Shown: positions 27,078 through 32,963 of the stretch, piece after piece | Layout: each line of letters begins with the position of its first letter | How positions within the stretch are numbered: the first letter of the stretch is position 1 | DNA from: Actinomycetota bacterium | Lineage (GTDB): Bacteria > Actinomycetota > Actinomycetes > Nanopelagicales > Nanopelagicaceae | Reading direction: 5' to 3' | NCBI GenBank assembly: GCA_947488645.1 | Contig: CANLAC010000001.1 | Location: 1-32,963, forward strand | DNA: 32,963 nucleotides | Notes under the pieces: model-generated | The model's database searches: none | Told to the model about the DNA's origin: nothing | The model's input: only the letters and a program-made list of their open reading frames with translations | Translations under genes and position numbers: made by a program

Positions 27078-28198
27078 TACTGAGCTCCTCTTCGTGATCC
27101 GCCATGTGTAACTGCAGCACCGTTAATAATTTCATCATCAAAATCCAAGTTGAACGCCACCTTTACATCATCCTTTGCAGGAACAGTAAAGAGTGACAAT
27201 AGATTTACAACGTTTCGTGAGTACAAGAATGATGCGTGGAATGGAAGCTGGCTAGGAACATCTCTGCCGCCCCAGATGCGGACTCCGCCAGCTGTTTCAA
27301 CAATCTCGCCAGGTTTTGATCCTTCAACATTTCCACCAGTTTCGGCCGCCAAGTCGACGATGATTGTTCCAGGTGCCATTGAATCCACCATTGCTTGTGT
27401 CATCAAGCGAGGTGCTTGGCGACCAGGGACAGCTGCAGTCGTAATAACAACATGTGATTTTGCAATGTAGGGAGTTAAAAGTTCGCGCTGCTTTGCTGCA
27501 CGATCTTCTGTCATTTCACGCGCATAACCGCCGGCACCTTCTAGTGCTTCAAGTTCTAGTTGAATAAATGTTGCACCCATAGAACGAACTTCATCTGCAG
27601 AAGCTGGACGAACATCGTAAGCAGAAACAACTGCGCCTAAACGACGTGATGTTGCAATTGCTTGCAAACCAGCAACGCCTGCCCCAAGTACTAAAACTTG
27701 TGCAGGAGTAACCGTTCCAGCCGCTGTCATAAGCATTGGGAAGAATCGTGGAGAAAGTTCTGCTCCAACAACTGCTGCGCGATACCCAGCACACAGTGCT
27801 TGTGAAGTTAATGCATCCATTGATTGTGCACGTGAAATACGTGGAACAAGTTCAAGTGAAAAAGCGGTAACGCCAGCAGCTGCAGCAGCCTCTATTGAGT
27901 CAACAGCAGTTACGGGAGATAAGAATGAAATTGTGATTGCACCTTTTTTCAAGGTTGCCATTTGCTGCGCGGTTAACGGCTGTACAGAAAGGACTACATC
28001 TGCATCAGCAAGAACATCGCCTTGTTTCACAGTGGCACCAGCGGTTGTGTAATCAGCATCAGTTGCCTGTGAATGAGCACCGGCACCAGATTCGATACTT
28101 ACATCGAGGCCTAGTCGGGTCAGCTTATTGATGATGTCTGGAACAAGCGCAACGCGCTTTTCTCCAGCTTTAATTTCCTTCGGAACGGCTACGCGCAT
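27077..28198 (-). CDS. pntAa: NAD(P) transhydrogenase alpha subunit, soluble domain I (PntAa)
   Basis: EKRVALVP, PRISRAQSMDAL, MLMTAAGT, GAGVAGLQA, DLAAETGGN. Confidence 0.97.
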   Translation of the reverse strand: MRVAVPKEIKAGEKRVALVPDIINKLTRLGLDVSIESGAGAHSQATDADYTTAGATVKQGDVLADADVVLSVQPLTAQQMATLKKGAITISFLSPVTAVDSIEAAAAAGVTAFSLELVPRISRAQSMDALTSQALCAGYRAAVVGAELSPRFFPMLMTAAGTVTPAQVLVLGAGVAGLQAIATSRRLGAVVSAYDVRPASADEVRSMGATFIQLELEALEGAGGYAREMTEDRAAKQRELLTPYIAKSHVVITTAAVPGRQAPRLMTQAMVDSMAPGTIIVDLAAETGGNVEGSKPGEIVETAGGVRIWGGRDVPSQLPFHASFLYSRNVVNLLSLFTVPAKDDVKVAFNLDFDDEIINGAAVTHGGSRRGAQ

Positions 28199-28208
28199 GG
28201 GCCAAATG

Positions 28209-29153
28209 TTAGTGGGTGGAACCCTTCAAGTCACCTTTTATTAGGTGGTAGAGAATTGCTTGAATTGTTGTTCGGCGGTGATAGGCCTCTCTCCACACGA
28301 CAGAACGTGGGCCATCTATTACGGATGCTTCCACTTCTTCTCCGCGGTGGGCAGGTAAACAGTGCATGAACACTGAGTCCTTACTTGTCAGTTTCATAAG
28401 ATTTTCTGTTACAGCAAATGGTGAGAGTGCGGGCATCTTTTCTGCTCGGTCTGCTTCTGAATCACCCATCGACATCCAAACATCGGTATAGAGAACAGAT
28501 GCATCTTTGGCTGCTGATTCTGGATCATGAGTTACTTCAACTCTTCCGCCGTTGTGGGCTGCAATATTTTTTGCAACAGCTACTACAACAGGATCTGGTG
28601 CCCACTTACCGCTTGGTGTTGCTGCAACAACATGTGCTCCCATAATTGCACCCATTAGTAACCAGGCATGAGACATATTGTTTCCATCGCCAAGGTATAC
28701 AAACTTGCGACCGGTGATATCTGATCCGAATTTTTCTCGGATTGTTAACCAGTCAGCAAGTAACTGTGTTGGGTGATCATCATCTGTAAGTGCGTTGATG
28801 ACAGGAATTGATGCGTGAGCGCCAAGTTCATCAACATCAGCTTGTGCAAATGTGCGAATGATCAATGCACTGCAATAGCCACTAATTATTTTTGCAGTAT
28901 CTGCAATGGTTTCACCGCGACCCAATTGCAATTCATCGCCGCGAATAAAGATTGGAGTCCCACCAAGGTGGGCAACAGCTGTTTCAGATGACAAACGGGT
29001 GCGAGTTGAAGGCTTTGTCATGTAAATAGCAACGGACTTATTTGCCAGAGCGGTGTTTGACCGTAGTGGATTCTCAGCAAACTCAGCGGCAGTCGAAAGC
29101 AATAATTCGACATCGGCTCGGCTCAAGTGCTCGGTACGGAGTAAGTCCTTCAT
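28209..29153 (-). CDS. argF: Ornithine carbamoyltransferase
   Basis: PSTRTR, HPTQLLAD, GDGNN, DVWMSMG, HCLPAHRG; TAGAAT 6 nt before the ATG. Confidence 0.9.
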   Translation of the reverse strand: MKDLLRTEHLSRADVELLLSTAAEFAENPLRSNTALANKSVAIYMTKPSTRTRLSSETAVAHLGGTPIFIRGDELQLGRGETIADTAKIISGYCSALIIRTFAQADVDELGAHASIPVINALTDDDHPTQLLADWLTIREKFGSDITGRKFVYLGDGNNMSHAWLLMGAIMGAHVVAATPSGKWAPDPVVVAVAKNIAAHNGGRVEVTHDPESAAKDASVLYTDVWMSMGDSEADRAEKMPALSPFAVTENLMKLTSKDSVFMHCLPAHRGEEVEASVIDGPRSVVWREAYHRRTTIQAILYHLIKGDLKGSTH

Positions 29154-29206
29154 TTGTGAATTCTACCCGTACTTTTGAGGTGCTCAAAGGTATTCTTATC
29201 CACCTA

Positions 29207-29476
29207 ATGGGCCTCTTTAAGAAAATCGGAACAGACGGTGACACCGATCTGCTGACTCGACCATCCGAAGAGCTACTCGAAGATGATGGTGGGCATGATC
29301 GCTTTGCTCATTATGTGAAGAAAGAGAAAATCACTGAATCAGCCGTGACTGGAAAAGCAGTAAAGGCTCTATGCGGAAAGAAATGGACCCCTTCTAGAGA
29401 TCCTGAAAAGTATCCAATCTGTCCAACCTGCAAAGAGATTTATGCAGGATTGAAGCAAGCACCCGAAGATAAATAG
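29207..29476 (+). CDS. DUF3039 domain protein
   Basis: GGHDRFAHYVKKEKI.ESAV.G..V.ALCGKKW.PSRDP.KYPICPTCKEIY. Start moved to ATG 29207. Confidence 0.9.
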   Translation: MGLFKKIGTDGDTDLLTRPSEELLEDDGGHDRFAHYVKKEKITESAVTGKAVKALCGKKWTPSRDPEKYPICPTCKEIYAGLKQAPEDK

Positions 29477-29478
29477 TA

Positions 29479-31320
29479 ATGAAGCGCAGGTTTGGCTTCG
29501 CACTTTCACTTCTTTTACTCATCACCGCTTTTGCTCAACCCATTCACGCAGCTGATAAAGAACCACGAAAGATATTGTCCGGTTGGATTCCTTATTACTC
29601 TGTCAAAACGGTTCTGCCATTGGTTCGCAAGCTTCCTTCAGCTGCCCCCACTATTGCAGGACAACCATCAGTTTGCGATGCATCTCAGTACGGCCCTGCC
29701 GAAAATCAAGCAATCGAAAGTTCATACCTCTTTACAAACAAGGATTTAATGAAAGAGGTAATGCCCTTTTGGTTTAGCTTAAAAAGTCCAACAGTAATTC
29801 GCGATGATTATGTCTCTGGAAATCCTTCGTGGCCAATGGCAGACACTGTGTGTTTAATGCGGCGTGCTGGATTGCAAATTATCCCAACAATGACAGATGG
29901 CACAGCCAAGCTTGTGCTTTCACAATACCTTTCAAATGCTGCTACCCGAACAACAATTGTAAATACAATCGTTGATTTAGTAGTTAAGAATAACTTTGAC
30001 GGAATTGATCTAGATTACGAAGGTTTCGCTTTTGTTGATGGAAACACTAGCTGGAGTAAGACTGCACCACGATGGGTTGCCTTGGTCAAAGAATTGAGTG
30101 TTGCACTCCATGCTAAAAATAAATTGCTATCTGTATCAACTCCATATTTGTATGATCCTAAAGAAAAGCAAAAAGGCTATTTTGTTTATGCGTGGGCAGA
30201 TATTGCAAGTAGCATCGATCGTTTGAGGATCATGACGTATGACTATTCGGTTGCTAAGCCAGGACCTATGGGTCCCTTGTCATGGACTGAAAAAACTATT
30301 CAATATGCAATAAGCATCATGTCAGCATCAAAGGTCTATGTTGGCTTGCCTGGATATGGTCGTGACTGGATCACATCCGTAAATGGAAAGTGTCCAACAT
30401 CTGCGCCTCCTGGATTAATTGGCGGGGCAAAGGCTGCAACATTTAAAATGAATTACGCAGCGGCTAAAGCGGCCATTGATGGAGCAATTCCAACCTATAA
30501 CGAACAGTTTGGTGAAGCTACATATAACTACACACAGACTTATAACGGATTGTCTGCAACTGGAGCATCAACTGTCTGCACTGTGAATCGAACTGTTTGG
30601 TATCAAAATGCTCGAAGCTTTGCTGCTCGAATGGCTTTAGTGGGGAAGTATCGACTTGGTGGCGCTGCAATGTGGACTTTGGGTATGGAAGACGCAGCGG
30701 CTACAAATGAGATTCGCAGCGCCGCACTTGCCATTGCACCCGATCCCGTAATCAACACGATGATCTTAGAAAACCTTAACCAAGGCTCAATCAACTACGG
30801 ACAATTGTTCACCGTTAAAGGTCTAATCACCTTGAAGGATAAGACACCGATTGCAGGAATAACTGTTGCCCTTGAAATTAAACGCACTGGTGAATCTGTG
30901 TGGACAAAGATTACTGACCTAGTAACCGCGCTCGATGGAACGGTTACAACACCAATGACCTTGGGTGGTGATGCTTCGATTCGCTTAACAACTGTTGGGA
31001 CGTGGGAGCGAGCAGAATCAATAAGTAGTGAGCAAATGATTGTTGTAAAGAGTCTGCTTCAAATTGATCGTCCAGTATCTGCGTCAAAGGGATCTGTAAT
31101 TACGGTTAAGGCACAGCTCCTGCCTAAATTAGTTGGCAAATCTGCGAATTTACAGAAAAACGTTAATGGAAAGTGGCAAAATATTGGTGTGGCTTCTACT
31201 TCAGATGCCAATGGTTTGTTCACATTTACTGCGTCAGAGCCAAAGCGAGGAGTCGTGACAATGCGTGTTCAAGTTGTCGGCGACATCGCATCTGCCACAT
31301 TTGCGATTGTGATTCGCTAA
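29479..31320 (+). CDS. Secreted GH18 glycoside hydrolase with C-terminal beta-rich (Ig-like) extension
   Basis: Signal peptide (MKRR...PIHA|A); FDGIDLDYE (DxxDxDxE); MTYD; GLPGYGRDW; WTLGME. Confidence 0.9.
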   Translation: MKRRFGFALSLLLLITAFAQPIHAADKEPRKILSGWIPYYSVKTVLPLVRKLPSAAPTIAGQPSVCDASQYGPAENQAIESSYLFTNKDLMKEVMPFWFSLKSPTVIRDDYVSGNPSWPMADTVCLMRRAGLQIIPTMTDGTAKLVLSQYLSNAATRTTIVNTIVDLVVKNNFDGIDLDYEGFAFVDGNTSWSKTAPRWVALVKELSVALHAKNKLLSVSTPYLYDPKEKQKGYFVYAWADIASSIDRLRIMTYDYSVAKPGPMGPLSWTEKTIQYAISIMSASKVYVGLPGYGRDWITSVNGKCPTSAPPGLIGGAKAATFKMNYAAAKAAIDGAIPTYNEQFGEATYNYTQTYNGLSATGASTVCTVNRTVWYQNARSFAARMALVGKYRLGGAAMWTLGMEDAAATNEIRSAALAIAPDPVINTMILENLNQGSINYGQLFTVKGLITLKDKTPIAGITVALEIKRTGESVWTKITDLVTALDGTVTTPMTLGGDASIRLTTVGTWERAESISSEQMIVVKSLLQIDRPVSASKGSVITVKAQLLPKLVGKSANLQKNVNGKWQNIGVASTSDANGLFTFTASEPKRGVVTMRVQVVGDIASATFAIVIR

Positions 31321-31322
31321 AC

Positions 31323-31619
31323 ATGCCAAAAATAAAGGACAAGATCGAAGAAGAGTTACAAGCGATCTTTAGTGGTGATGTTCCATGGATAACTATTGTT
31401 TGGGACGACCCAGTTAATCTGATGACTTATGTGACATATGTGTTAATGGAGTTGTTTGGATATAGCAAAGAAAAAGCTCATGAATTAATGATGAAAGTTC
31501 ACACCGAAGGCAAAGCAGTTGTTTCATCGGGAAGTCGTGAAGAGATGGAACATGATGTCGCCCGATTACACGAATACGGGTTGTGGGCAACATTGCAGCG
31601 AGGTGATCAAGCAACATGA
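31323..31619 (+). CDS. clpS: ATP-dependent Clp protease adaptor
   Basis: [34 protein letters not shown]. Start moved to ATG 31323. Confidence 0.95.
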   Translation: MPKIKDKIEEELQAIFSGDVPWITIVWDDPVNLMTYVTYVLMELFGYSKEKAHELMMKVHTEGKAVVSSGSREEMEHDVARLHEYGLWATLQRGDQAT

Positions 31620-32179
31620 AAGAGAATGAGCACGGTTTTTTCCGTCATGGTGATAACGCCTACCTAGCGAATTTTTCTGAAGCTGAACGTGAAGTTCTGA
31701 CCAATTTGGTTGAACAAATAATTGAGCTCTTAGCAGAGCGCGTGGATCATCACAATGATGATCCTTTGGCTGCAATGGTTGGTATCACTATGCACGACAC
31801 ACCACCCGACGATGAAGTGCTACTGCGCTTATTACCCAATGCATATGCCGATCAAGTCGATGCATCCGAATTTCGTAGATATACCGAATCAACATTGCGA
31901 CAAAAGAAACAGGCACACGCAATGGCAATGCGAATGCATCTAAAAAGCGCACTCGATGGCATTGTTGAAGTTGACCACGATGGTGCAAATGCATGGCTCG
32001 GTGCGATGAATGATGTGCGACTTGCATTAGGTGTTCGATTAAAGGTTGAAGAAAACACGCATCAAGAATTGGAGTTATTGGCCCCTGATGACCCAATGCG
32101 CGGGGTTTATGCGGTGTATAGCTGGCTTGGCTGGCTGCAAGAAAGTTTAATTTCTGCGCTTATGGATGAATCTGAATAG
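31616..32179 (+). CDS. DUF2017 family protein
   Basis: [38 protein letters not shown]; usual partner downstream of clpS; ATGA overlap. Confidence 0.9.
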   Translation: MKENEHGFFRHGDNAYLANFSEAEREVLTNLVEQIIELLAERVDHHNDDPLAAMVGITMHDTPPDDEVLLRLLPNAYADQVDASEFRRYTESTLRQKKQAHAMAMRMHLKSALDGIVEVDHDGANAWLGAMNDVRLALGVRLKVEENTHQELELLAPDDPMRGVYAVYSWLGWLQESLISALMDESE

Positions 32180-32206
32180 AGCATTGACTCGAGGTAGGCT
32201 AGCCCT

Positions 32207-32963
32207 GTGAGTGATGCCCCAATAGGAATATTTGATTCAGGTGTAGGCGGTCTCACCGTTGCACGTGCAATCTTGGATCAACTTCCTAATGAATCTACTC
32301 TTTACATTGGTGACACAGCACGTGGTCCATATGGTCCGCGCTCATTAGCTGAAGTTCGAGAATTCGCACTTGAAACAATGGACTTTCTTGTTGAGCAAGG
32401 AGTTAAGGCAATTGTTATTGCTTGCAATACAGCATCGGCTGCAATGCTGCGTGATGCACGCGAGCGTTACTCAATTCCGGTCATCGAAGTTATTCAGCCT
32501 GCAGTTCGCCGCGCAGTGGCAGCTACAAGAACAGGCAACATTGGCGTCATCGGAACTCGCGCAACAATTGACTCAAAGGCTTACGTAGATGCATTTGCTG
32601 CCGCCCCTCAACTAAACATCACCTCAATTGCTTGTCCACTATTTGTTGAATATGTTGAACGCGGCGAGACATCAGGGCCTGAAATTACAAAGGTTGCTCG
32701 CGAGTACCTAGCTCCAGTTATGGAAGCAAAGGTCGACACTTTAGTTTTGGGTTGCACGCACTATCCATTATTAACCGGCGTAATCTCTTACGTCATGGGT
32801 GAAGGTGTCACCTTGGTTTCAAGTGCTGAAGAGACAGCAAAAGATTTGTATAGAACTTTGGTTGAAAATGGCTTGTTACGTTCACAGTCATCGGCCCCAG
32901 CAACACATAGATTCTTAGCAACCGGTGATGCAAAGGCATTTGAAACCTTGGCTCGACGTTTTC
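32207..32963 (+). CDS. murI: Glutamate racemase (3' truncated by window edge; absent from the ORF track)
   Basis: Manual translation from GTG 32207: [18 protein letters not shown]...[11 protein letters not shown]...IACNTAS...LGCTHYP; TAGGCT 6 nt before the GTG. Confidence 0.96.
   Translation, partial: MSDAPIGIFDSGVGGLTVARAILDQLPNESTLYIGDTARGPYGPRSLAEVREFALETMDFLVEQGVKAIVIACNTASAAMLRDARERYSIPVIEVIQPAVRRAVAATRTGNIGVIGTRATIDSKAYVDAFAAAPQLNITSIACPLFVEYVERGETSGPEITKVAREYLAPVMEAKVDTLVLGCTHYPLLTGVISYVMGEGVTLVSSAEETAKDLYRTLVENGLLRSQSSAPATHRFLATGDAKAFETLARRF

Noticed and set aside
23143-29153. Genomic island integrated at the tmRNA 3' end
   Set aside because: No integrase and no duplicated ssrA 3' end seen; downstream genes are ordinary metabolic genes.

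Overview
Gene-dense, moderate-GC actinobacterial chromosome segment. Gene content and order, short intergenic spacers and frequent leaderless starts fit a streamlined freshwater acI-type genome (Ca. Nanopelagicales, possibly Planktophila); this taxonomy is an inference. Order: kgd (3' part), sodX/sodN, FlK-like thioesterase, SRAP, aroA-rsgA-hisN-Cu ATPase, tRNA-fMet, UPF0182, YlbL-like Lon protease, small membrane protein, DUF2342 zincin, YgjP/M48 peptidase, DUF5679, ThiF-like protein, four Flp/Tad pilin-like genes, prfB, ftsEX, smpB, tmRNA, membrane protein, GNAT, pirin, pntB/pntAb/pntAa, argF, DUF3039, GH18, clpS, DUF2017 and murI (5' part). I saw no mobile element, CRISPR or prophage. The best signals are missing from the ORF track: (1) a self-contained ~80-nt minus-strand small-RNA unit (promoter, 71-nt rod hairpin, U-tract) at 14778-14894; (2) a 28-codon ORF at 2769-2855 resembling the SigR/SigH N-terminus, at the position where sigR-rsrA normally lies; (3) a leaderless 28-aa membrane microprotein just after tmRNA; (4) Tad pilins with no adjacent assembly machinery; (5) a RosR/MarR-like operator over the pirin promoter. 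Family assignments come from recognising motifs by eye; no searches were run.
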